From assembly GCA_964564785.1 (NCBI GenBank), contig CAZMCT010000005.1, positions 1,661-65,660 on the forward strand: a stretch of DNA of 64,000 nt, given 5' to 3'. The DNA comes from an uncultured Planctomycetales bacterium (GTDB lineage Bacteria; Planctomycetota; Phycisphaerae; UBA1845; Fen-1342). This document shows positions 39,332-46,822 of this stretch, in pieces. Made by a program: the position numbers and the translations under genes. The notes under the pieces were generated by a model. The model made no database searches. It saw only the letters and a list, made by a program, of their open reading frames with translations, and was not told the origin of the DNA. Every line of letters starts with the position of its first letter. Position 1 is the first letter of the stretch.

Positions 39332-39949
39332 CTACACCGTCGGGAGCTTCAGCGCATACGGATGGGTCACGTCGCAGTAGTGGGCGCCGCCGAGCCGGCC
39401 CACCGTGCTGAGCTTGTGCGGATCGACGAACCCGTCCGGCCCGAGTACGTGGTCGGCCAGGTGAATGGCAAGGATCTCGCCGAACACGACGTTGCCGCTG
39501 CCGGGGCCGTCGCCGAACGACACGACCTCGCGCAGCATGCACTCGAGATTCACCGGCGACTCCCCCACCAGCGGCGGCCGGACCTTCGCCGCCGGCAGTG
39601 GCGTCAGCCCGCTGAACTCGAACTCGCTCCGTCCCGCCGGCAGCTCGGCGGCGCAGCGGTTCATCGGCTCCGAGATCGCGGCCGTGACCGTCGCGATCAC
39701 GAATTCGCGGGTGGCGCGGATGTTCGCGAGCGTGTCCTTCGCGCCGCCGGTGCGGCGCACCGTAGGGCAGAACAGCACGATCGGCGGATTGCCGCAGACC
39801 ATGTTGTAGAAGGAGAAGGGCGCCAGGTTCGGCGCACCGGCTTCCGAGAGCGTGGAGACCAGCGCGATGGGCCGCGGGTTCAGAAAGCCGATGCACAGGC
39901 GATAGACGTCACGCCAAGGCTTCCGGCCGGTCTGCAAATCGAGGAACAT
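39332..39949 (-). CDS. flavin reductase-like (flavoredoxin family) protein
   Basis: NPRPIALVSTLSEAGAPNLAPFSFYN...PPIVLFC. Start taken at ATG 39949 (39976 is also possible). Either start overlaps the folK 3' end. Confidence 0.78.
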   Translation of the reverse strand: MFLDLQTGRKPWRDVYRLCIGFLNPRPIALVSTLSEAGAPNLAPFSFYNMVCGNPPIVLFCPTVRRTGGAKDTLANIRATREFVIATVTAAISEPMNRCAAELPAGRSEFEFSGLTPLPAAKVRPPLVGESPVNLECMLREVVSFGDGPGSGNVVFGEILAIHLADHVLGPDGFVDPHKLSTVGRLGGAHYCDVTHPYALKLPTV

Positions 39950-40424
39950 GGTAGACCATCTCCGGCCGCGCGGCACGCAGCCGCCGGGCCGCGACCAGCC
40001 GCCCGAGGTCGCAGATTTCCGCCAACGGCTCCATCACGAAGCGCCGCTGCCACATGCGCGGGTGGGGGATCGTCAGCCCCCGCTCGTCGACCACCGCCTG
40101 CCGGAACAGCAACAGGTCCAGATCGAGCGTCCGCGGCCCATTGGGAATGCTGCGTTGGCGGCCGTGAAGCTCCTCGATCTCCTGCATCCGCTCCAGCAGC
40201 GCGTGCGGCGTGAGCGTGGTTGCCAGCTCAGCCACCGCGTTCAGGAACGCCGGCTGGCCTGGCGGCCCCCCCACCGCTTCGGTCTCATGCAGCTTCGAGA
40301 CCGCCAGCACGCGAATGTCGCCCTCCGCCGCCAACTCGTGCAGTGCTCCATGGATGTGGGCGGCGCGGTCGCCCAGGTTCGACCCCAGGCCGATGAAGAC
40401 CCCGCCATCGCCTTGGTCTACCAT
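39909..40424 (-). CDS. folK: 2-amino-4-hydroxy-6-hydroxymethyldihydropteridine diphosphokinase
   Basis: IGLGSNLGDR, FLNAVAEL, RTLDLDLLLF, IPHPRMWQRRFV. The ATG overlaps the dapL stop (ATGGTAG). Confidence 0.9.
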   Translation of the reverse strand: MVDQGDGGVFIGLGSNLGDRAAHIHGALHELAAEGDIRVLAVSKLHETEAVGGPPGQPAFLNAVAELATTLTPHALLERMQEIEELHGRQRSIPNGPRTLDLDLLLFRQAVVDERGLTIPHPRMWQRRFVMEPLAEICDLGRLVAARRLRAARPEMVYHVPRFADRPEALA

Positions 40425-41587
40425 CGCAGACCTCCCATGCGCTCCACCGCCACCCGAATCCGCTCGGCCGGGACGTTCAGCGCGAACCGCACGTACCCTT
40501 CGCCCGTCGGCCCGAAGCCGATCCCCGGCACGCCCACGACGTCCGCCTCGTCCAGCAGGCGGTTGCAGGCCGTCAGCGAATCAATGCCCCGCGGCACGCC
40601 GGCCCACACGTAGAACGTGGCCCGCGGCGGCTCGGCCGTGAAACCGATCTGCCGCAGCCCGTCGCACAGCAGCGCGGCTCGGCTGCGATACAACTCGCGG
40701 ACCTCGTGCAGCTCCGGCCGCTCGAAACCGTCATACGCCGCGCAGGCCGCCTCCTGCACCGCGCCGAACACGCCGCTGTCAAGGTTCGTCTTGATCGCCG
40801 CCAGCGCCGCCAACACCTCCGCGTTGCCGGCCACGAAACCGACACGCCAGCCGGTCATGTTGAACGTCTTGGAGGCCGAGTGAAACTCGACCGCGACCTC
40901 GCGGGCCCCGGGCACCTCTAGCACGCTCGGCGGCCGCTCGTTGGTCAGATAAACCTCATTATAGGCCGCGTCCGACGCGAGCAGGAGCCCGTGCCGCCGG
41001 GCGAACGCGACCGCACGCTCGTAGAACTCGAGCGTCGCGGTGGCCCCCGTCGGGTTGTTGGGATAGTTGATGAAGAGGAGCTTCGCGGCCCCCGCGATAT
41101 CCGCCGGGATCGCGTCGAAGTCGGGCAGCCAACCCGTCTCGGCCGAGAGGTTCAGGATGTACGGCCGTCCGCCGGCGAATACTGTGCCCGCGTGGTACAC
41201 GGGGTAGCCGGGCGAAGGCACCAAAACGGTGTCGCCGGGGTTGACAACTGCGAGCGGCAGGTGGCCGATGCCCTCCTTGCTTCCGATCAGGGCCAGGACC
41301 TCACGCTGCGGATCGAGCATCACGCCGTAGCGGCGCTCGAAGAACGCGGCCATCCGTTGGCGAAACTCGGCCGAGCCGCCGCCGAACGGGTACTTGTGGT
41401 TGGCGGGGTTCCGGATCGCGCTGCCCATGCGCTCAATGATGAACGCATGTGTCGGCGTGTCCGGATCGCCGACGCCGAAGTCGATCACATCGCGGCCAGC
41501 GGCCCGCGCAGCCCGTTTTTTTCGGTCGATCTCAGCGAACAGATACGGCGGCAGGGACAGCAGTCGATCGCTGGCAACCTTCGACAT
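40418..41587 (-). CDS. dapL: class I/II aminotransferase, LL-diaminopimelate aminotransferase-like
   Basis: LPPYLFAEIDRKK...VIDFGVGDPDTPT, NYPNNPTGA, SASKTFNMTGWRVGF (PLP Lys). Start moved to ATG 41587, because the longer ORF runs through a repeat element. Confidence 0.8.
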   Translation of the reverse strand: MSKVASDRLLSLPPYLFAEIDRKKRAARAAGRDVIDFGVGDPDTPTHAFIIERMGSAIRNPANHKYPFGGGSAEFRQRMAAFFERRYGVMLDPQREVLALIGSKEGIGHLPLAVVNPGDTVLVPSPGYPVYHAGTVFAGGRPYILNLSAETGWLPDFDAIPADIAGAAKLLFINYPNNPTGATATLEFYERAVAFARRHGLLLASDAAYNEVYLTNERPPSVLEVPGAREVAVEFHSASKTFNMTGWRVGFVAGNAEVLAALAAIKTNLDSGVFGAVQEAACAAYDGFERPELHEVRELYRSRAALLCDGLRQIGFTAEPPRATFYVWAGVPRGIDSLTACNRLLDEADVVGVPGIGFGPTGEGYVRFALNVPAERIRVAVERMGGLRW

Positions 41588-41644
41588 CGTGACGCTCACG
41601 GCGCAAGGCCCACGCCCGTTGCGGCGATGGGCTTTCTCAGAGGA

Positions 41645-41734
41645 CCGTTGCGAAAGGGAGCTGGCTCCGCGCCAACCCACCATCACAAGCGCGACAACCG
41701 CCGCTCCCGCGGTGCCTGTCCCCTTTTTCAACGG
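41645..41734 (-). repeat. dispersed ~90-bp hairpin (MITE/REP-like) element, full copy A
   Basis: Terminal inverted repeats CCGTTGCGAAAGGGAG (41645-41660) and GTCCCCTTTTTCAACGG (41718-41734). The reverse complement aligns end to end with 62966-63054. It lies 58 nt upstream of the dapL start. Confidence 0.85.
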
Positions 41735-42296
41735 GCTGATAGGCCCAGGGCGAAAGTTTAGAAGAAGGCCCGAACATGTACAAGCGAACACCTTGCCTGG
41801 GCGGAAGTGTTCCCGGCCGGCCGGCGCTGGTGCCGCGTGAACGGGGTAATCAAAACGCCTTCGGCATTACGGGGCCGCGCGTGCCGACAACCGAGGTCGC
41901 GGAAGCGTGCGATCCAGAAATCGCTCACGGGATCGTGCGCATATCAAAGCTTAATATAACTTTAGCGCCTTCTTCGTGTAATCGAAGGATTTAGCTAACA
42001 GCCGCAATTTATATGAGCACCAGGGGTGCAACCAACGCGCCGGGGGCGCAGCGGTTGATGGGTATACACCTGCGGTCCGCTTTCGGCAGCGCCTGTGGCT
42101 GCCAGTGGATACGCGAGAAGGTGATGTGCGGTCACGGGCAGGCGGCCGACGGCCCGGTCAGGGGTTCGTTCGGTCCCGACTGCGGGAAGGTGGATTTACG
42201 GGGAAGGTAGCGCGGAATTCGCACGGACGAACAGGATTCCTAATAGTCGGAATCTAAAACCACGCAAGCCGGCCGGAGCGGCCGGGGAGGACAGCA

Positions 42297-43388
42297 ATGC
42301 AGGAATGCCGGATTCACAGCATGGAGGCGACCACCCGCGGCAGCGCCAGAGCCCGGGCGGGTTTCACGCTGATCGAGCTACTGGTCGTCGTGGCGATCAT
42401 CGCAGTGCTGATCTCGATTCTGCTGCCCGCGCTGGGCGCCTCGCGCAAGTCGGCCCGCGCGGTCAAGTGCGCCGCGCATCTGCGGCAGGTCTCTCAGGCG
42501 ATGGCGGGCTACCTGGCCGAGAGCCGGTCGGTCTACCCGCCGTCGTACATCTACGCGCTCGACCGCAGCGGCAATTACGATTTGCAGCGGCAGCCGCAGG
42601 CTCCGGTCGACGGATACATCCACTGGTCGTGGTTCCTGTACAACCGCGGGCAGGCGGGCGACGAGGCGTTCACGTGCCCGGAGATTCGCTCGCGTGGCGG
42701 CGTGCCGCGCACGAACCCCGGCCCGATGGCCGAGCACTGGGAAGGCGACCAGCGCGATGTCGAGAACAATCATAAACCGCCGCCCGCCAACGCCATCGAG
42801 GACAAGCAGGCCCCGCGCTGCGCCTTCACCGGCAACGCCGCCATCTTTCCCCGCAACAAGTTCACCACCGAACTGTCGGGGGGGGCGCGGATCAACCGTC
42901 TCGTGAACGAAAGCGAAATCCGCAACCCGGGTGATGTGATCCTCGCCACCGAGTTCAACCGCAACTGGCGCGTCTCCGCCGAGGGCAACCCCGACGACGC
43001 GTACGTTCTCGGCAAAGGCCATCGCCCGGTCAACCCGTTCATGAGTCTCTCGAGCGGATCGGATGAGTATGCGGCCCCGCTGCTGACCGAGACCTTTTCG
43101 TACCTGGGCAGCGACGGTTCGAACGCTTACGGCCTCTTGCCGCAGAACGTCGTGGACAACATGACCAACGCGATCGGCCAGATCGGTATCGCCGAGACGA
43201 ACGCGGTCGGGCGGCATCATCCCGGCGGCGACAAGCTCGGCGGCACGGCGAACTTCGTATTCGTCGACGGCCACGTCGAGCGGCAGACGATCTTGCAGTC
43301 GCTCAAGGACCGCCAGTGGGGCGACAAGTACTACGCCCTGACGGGAAACACGACCGTGCTGGATCGGTACGGCCAGATTTCGCCCTGA
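42297..43388 (+). CDS. prepilin-type N-terminal cleavage/methylation domain protein (DUF1559-like pseudopilin)
   Basis: GGAGG lies 6 nt upstream of the ATG. Leader ...ARAG/FTLIELLVVVAIIAVLISILLPAL. C-terminal H...NFVFVDGHV (H-X9-DG-like) motif. Confidence 0.88.
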   Translation: MQECRIHSMEATTRGSARARAGFTLIELLVVVAIIAVLISILLPALGASRKSARAVKCAAHLRQVSQAMAGYLAESRSVYPPSYIYALDRSGNYDLQRQPQAPVDGYIHWSWFLYNRGQAGDEAFTCPEIRSRGGVPRTNPGPMAEHWEGDQRDVENNHKPPPANAIEDKQAPRCAFTGNAAIFPRNKFTTELSGGARINRLVNESEIRNPGDVILATEFNRNWRVSAEGNPDDAYVLGKGHRPVNPFMSLSSGSDEYAAPLLTETFSYLGSDGSNAYGLLPQNVVDNMTNAIGQIGIAETNAVGRHHPGGDKLGGTANFVFVDGHVERQTILQSLKDRQWGDKYYALTGNTTVLDRYGQISP

Positions 43389-43668
43389 GAAACCGCGGAC
43401 GCAGGCGTAAGCCGCGGCGAGCACGGGACCCTTCGGGTACCGGCAGGTCGGCGAGTGGTAGCGATGCGACGGGTGGAAAGAAGCGGCCGGTGACGGGCTG
43501 GCGCGACACCCGCGCAGAGGCTTCGGAAACGGAGGGACGGGCGGCGCACAAGGAGCGCGGGCGTGCCGGTGGCTCCCGGAGGGCAGAGCGGCGGACGCAA
43601 GTCGAAAAATGACGGATTGGTCGGAAGGAAGTCTGGTGGGTGCTATTCAACATCTTGGAGGAAAGAGA

Positions 43669-46452
43669 ATGCTGCAAGTGAGATTCAGGACAGTCTTAGC
43701 CGTGGTGGCTGGGTGCACGCTGTCGGCGAGCGCCCTGGCGCAACCGATCAATTACGAGAACGTGCCCAACGCGGGCCAGGTCAACATCAGCGGCGCGACG
43801 CTGTTCAAGCCGTTCTTCGAGGCGCCGGCCTCGACGAATGACTTCATCGACGTCGACGGCGATGGCTTCTTCGGCTACGACCCCAACACGTTCCCGTTCG
43901 TGGACCAGCTCGCCCCCACGTTCGTTCCCGGTAACCCGCTGACCACGGTCTGGGCGGTGCAGTACCGCGGGGTCGGTTCGGTGAACGGTCTGGAAGAGTT
44001 CATCAACAGCACGCTGTGCGACTACTTCAGCCAGGGCGTGCCGGCGGAGAACGGCTACCTGAACCGCTTCGCCTGGGCGATCGGCGGCGTCCGTCAGCTC
44101 GGGAGCTGGCCGGACTGGCTCAGCGACGTCGGCGATCCGAACTGGATCGGCTGGGGCATCGCTGCACCGGACGGCAATTTTGCCAATGACCCCGGCACCC
44201 CGCTGCCGCCCGAGAAGATCGACATCGCGATCCTCGACGTCCCCAGCATCTGGGGTCTGGTCGCGGGCGACCCCGCGAATGCCGACTGGTTTCGCGGGCC
44301 CGGGACCGACGGCTACGGCCAGTGTCCGATTCTCTCGAACACCGGCTGGAGCAACCAGATGGAGAGCCTGACGCGCGACTGCAACGGCGGCACGGTCTCG
44401 ATCGATCCCAACGAAATCGTCGACACCACGGTCGCCTGGGCAGCGATCACCTACATCGCCAACCGCGGCGTGGCGCGGCCCGACCTCAACGGTGACGGCG
44501 TCGCGGGTGACATCAACCTGAGCGACATTCAGCACCTGTTCCTCACCGGCCGGTCGCGCAGCGGCGAGAACCTGGCCGTCGGCACGCGCTCCGGCGGCTC
44601 GGGCACGCGCAACGGCATGATGAACACGAGCGGGATCGACCCGTCGTGGGGCCGCGGCGACAACCTCGACTCGGAGTGGGCGAACACGAACTCCGCCAAT
44701 GTGGGCCCGAACCGGCGAATCAGCAACGCGGAAGGTTCCAGCGGTGTCGAGCGGGCGGTTCAGGTTTCGCGGCTCGGGATCGCCTACACCGGTCTGTTCG
44801 GCAACGAACGCGCCGCGTTCGACGCCAACGCCGGCCGCTACGAGATCCTCAACATCGCCCGCGACACGCAAGGCGGCACCAACTATGTTCGGCCGAGCGT
44901 GAACGCCGTCATCAACAACTGCGACGTCAACACGGGCTGGCAGTTGGGCGGCCAGGTCACGTTCGTGACGGTGTGCGACCCGCAGCAGACGGATCCCAAC
45001 GCCCCCGACTACTGCGACAACCAGGCTGCGGCCACGTACCTCGACAACATTCTCGAGAGCATCGCGAACGTCGAGGGCGCGCCGACCAGCCCCGAGAACT
45101 TCAACATGCCGGGTGAGTACCTGGCGACGCGCTTCGTGCTCGAGGCGGCCATCGACTGCGTGCCGACGTTCAACAACCCCTCGGTCTTCGTTCCGAACCC
45201 CTTGCTGAACCAGGCGCTCCAGGACTACACCCTCGTTGCGCAGACGACGGTCGTGCCGGCCTACGGCAGCAAGAACCCGGCCGGCCTGGTCCCGCGCCGC
45301 GTGACGCTCAGCGAGGATCCGACGCTTGACCCGAACGTGCCCTGGCTCGACGGCACGCCCGTGACCGACAACACCTACCGCTACAAGGGCACCGGCGGCG
45401 CGTTCTTCACCATCGCGCGTGACAAGAAGCTCGGCAGCCGTAATGCCGTGACCGGCGATTTCAACCGCGACGGCCTGCGGAACGTGGATGATGTCGAGAA
45501 GATGATGGTGGCCTACGCGGCTCCGCTCGACTTCGAGCAGGACCTGGGTCCGGCCCCCGGCGATGCCGGCGAGCAGACCGGCGGGAACTACCCGATCGTC
45601 CACATCATGGCCGACTTCAACAGCGACGGTAACTTCACTGCCAAGGACGTCCGCTACTTCGCCGACGGTCTGGCGCTCGATCCGGCCTACCCGAACGGCA
45701 CGTACGGCCCGGTCCTCAACCGCAAGCTGGCCTTCCAGCGCGTGGATACCTTCTGGGCGCTTCAGCCGGGCGGCGACGGCAACTTCTTCGATACCACGCT
45801 CGCCACGCCCAAGGCCTACGCGGCCGGTGATTCCGAGGGTGACGTGGCCGGCAACCCCACCGTCCCCGGCGCCGACCCGCGCGGTGCGGATGGCGTGGTC
45901 AACGCCGCCGACATCGACTACGTCTACGCCCAGTTCAAGAACGAGCGGTTCGGCTGGAACAACGCGGCCGCGAACTGGTTCGACATCGACCAGGCGATTT
46001 ACTTCGACCTGAGCGCGGACATGACCGGTCCGGAGACCGTTCTGGACACCGTGCAGCTCGTCGTGAACCAGGCCGACGTGGACTACCTGGTGCAGGTGAT
46101 CCTGGGCACCGACTACGGCGATGCGAACCTCGACGGCGCGGTCGACGCCACCGACAAGGCGATCGTCGAAGCCAACCTCGGTCAGCCCGGCGGCTGGGCC
46201 GACGGCAATTTCGACGGCGACGAGACGGTTGACGCCGATGACCTGGCCCTGTTCCAGACGGCGTGCGTCGGCGACACCAACTGCGACGGCGTCGTGGGCT
46301 TCGGTGACATCAATCCGTTCGTCGCGGGTCTGACCGGCGGGCCGCAGTGCAATCCCGCCAACTTCGACATCAACGGCAACGGCACGATCGGGTTTGACGA
46401 CATCAACCCGTTCGTCGCCCTGCTGTCCTCCGGCGGCGGGCCCTGCCCGTAA
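43669..46452 (+). CDS. large secreted protein: PstS/PBP-like N-terminal region + C-terminal dockerin/EF-hand-like Ca-binding repeats
   Basis: GGAGGAAAGAG SD and signal peptide MLQVRFRTVLAVVAGCTLSASALA. PBP-like motifs ISGATLFKPFF, YRGVGSVNGLEEF and RSGGSGTRNGM. Repeats DFNRDGLRNVDDVEKM, DFNSDGNFTAKDVRYF, DANLDGAVDATDKAIV, NFDGDETVDADDLALF, TNCDGVVGFGDINPFV and DINGNGTIGFDDINPFV. Confidence 0.85.
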   Translation: MLQVRFRTVLAVVAGCTLSASALAQPINYENVPNAGQVNISGATLFKPFFEAPASTNDFIDVDGDGFFGYDPNTFPFVDQLAPTFVPGNPLTTVWAVQYRGVGSVNGLEEFINSTLCDYFSQGVPAENGYLNRFAWAIGGVRQLGSWPDWLSDVGDPNWIGWGIAAPDGNFANDPGTPLPPEKIDIAILDVPSIWGLVAGDPANADWFRGPGTDGYGQCPILSNTGWSNQMESLTRDCNGGTVSIDPNEIVDTTVAWAAITYIANRGVARPDLNGDGVAGDINLSDIQHLFLTGRSRSGENLAVGTRSGGSGTRNGMMNTSGIDPSWGRGDNLDSEWANTNSANVGPNRRISNAEGSSGVERAVQVSRLGIAYTGLFGNERAAFDANAGRYEILNIARDTQGGTNYVRPSVNAVINNCDVNTGWQLGGQVTFVTVCDPQQTDPNAPDYCDNQAAATYLDNILESIANVEGAPTSPENFNMPGEYLATRFVLEAAIDCVPTFNNPSVFVPNPLLNQALQDYTLVAQTTVVPAYGSKNPAGLVPRRVTLSEDPTLDPNVPWLDGTPVTDNTYRYKGTGGAFFTIARDKKLGSRNAVTGDFNRDGLRNVDDVEKMMVAYAAPLDFEQDLGPAPGDAGEQTGGNYPIVHIMADFNSDGNFTAKDVRYFADGLALDPAYPNGTYGPVLNRKLAFQRVDTFWALQPGGDGNFFDTTLATPKAYAAGDSEGDVAGNPTVPGADPRGADGVVNAADIDYVYAQFKNERFGWNNAAANWFDIDQAIYFDLSADMTGPETVLDTVQLVVNQADVDYLVQVILGTDYGDANLDGAVDATDKAIVEANLGQPGGWADGNFDGDETVDADDLALFQTACVGDTNCDGVVGFGDINPFVAGLTGGPQCNPANFDINGNGTIGFDDINPFVALLSSGGGPCP

Positions 46453-46480
46453 GCCGGGCTTCCGGTATTGAATCCGGCGC

Positions 46481-46519
46481 GGCCGGTCGGGGAACGGTTC
46501 CTCGGCCGGCCTTTTTTTT
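46481..46519 (+). terminator. rho-independent terminator after the dockerin-repeat gene
   Basis: GGCCGGTCGGGGAA / TTCCTCGGCCGGCC form a ~13-bp stem (two G-U pairs) with a short loop, followed by T8 (46512-46519). It lies 29 nt after the stop codon. Confidence 0.85.
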
Positions 46520-46822
46520 ACCTGGGGAAGAGGGCTCGGGCCGCGCCTGCACGCATGTCCGCAATAAGGCTGACTGGCCCGGCCGAGCGGAAAGGCGGGT
46601 ACGAAGCTCCGCCAGGGCGGGCCGCCGCCTTTTGCAGCCCCGCGCGCTACTTTGCCGCTGGCGTCGCGGCCGACACAAATGTAAGATGCCGGATTCACAG
46701 GTGGCAGCAGCAGCAAGGAACCGCGCAGTCCGTGAACGGCCACACCATTCATCCCCCTACCGGACGAACGGGCGGCACGCGTGTGCCAAGGCCCGCCCCC
46801 GGCCCACGTGGCGAGAGGAGCA

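Noticed and set aside
40418-41791. Longer N-terminal versions of several ORFs in the track: dapL to 41791, UDG to 57439, dehydrogenase to 25013, DUF1573 protein to 26014, permease to 23779, lipoprotein genes to 61816/36060/51771.
   Set aside because: The extensions are low-complexity, run through repeat elements or neighbouring genes, and lack signal-peptide or family-typical N-termini. Internal starts give canonical N-termini, often with an SD.
42013-42210. 65-codon ORF (MSTRGATNAPGAQRLMGIHLRSAFGSACGCQW...) in the pseudopilin upstream region.
   Set aside because: It has no SD and several rare-looking codons for this genome (ATA x2, TTA, AGG x3), and no recognisable motif. It was left uncalled.
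42311-42319. The 9-mer GATTCACAG occurs at 31657-31665 (before etfB), 42311-42319 (inside the 5' end of the pseudopilin gene) and 46692-46700 (korA upstream). The last two share a longer match, ATGCCGGATTCACAG.
   Set aside because: Distances to the start codons are inconsistent (14 nt, inside the CDS, ~120 nt). A 15-nt match is near chance expectation for all-against-all comparison in 64 kb. It is noted as a motif to test genome-wide, not as a feature.
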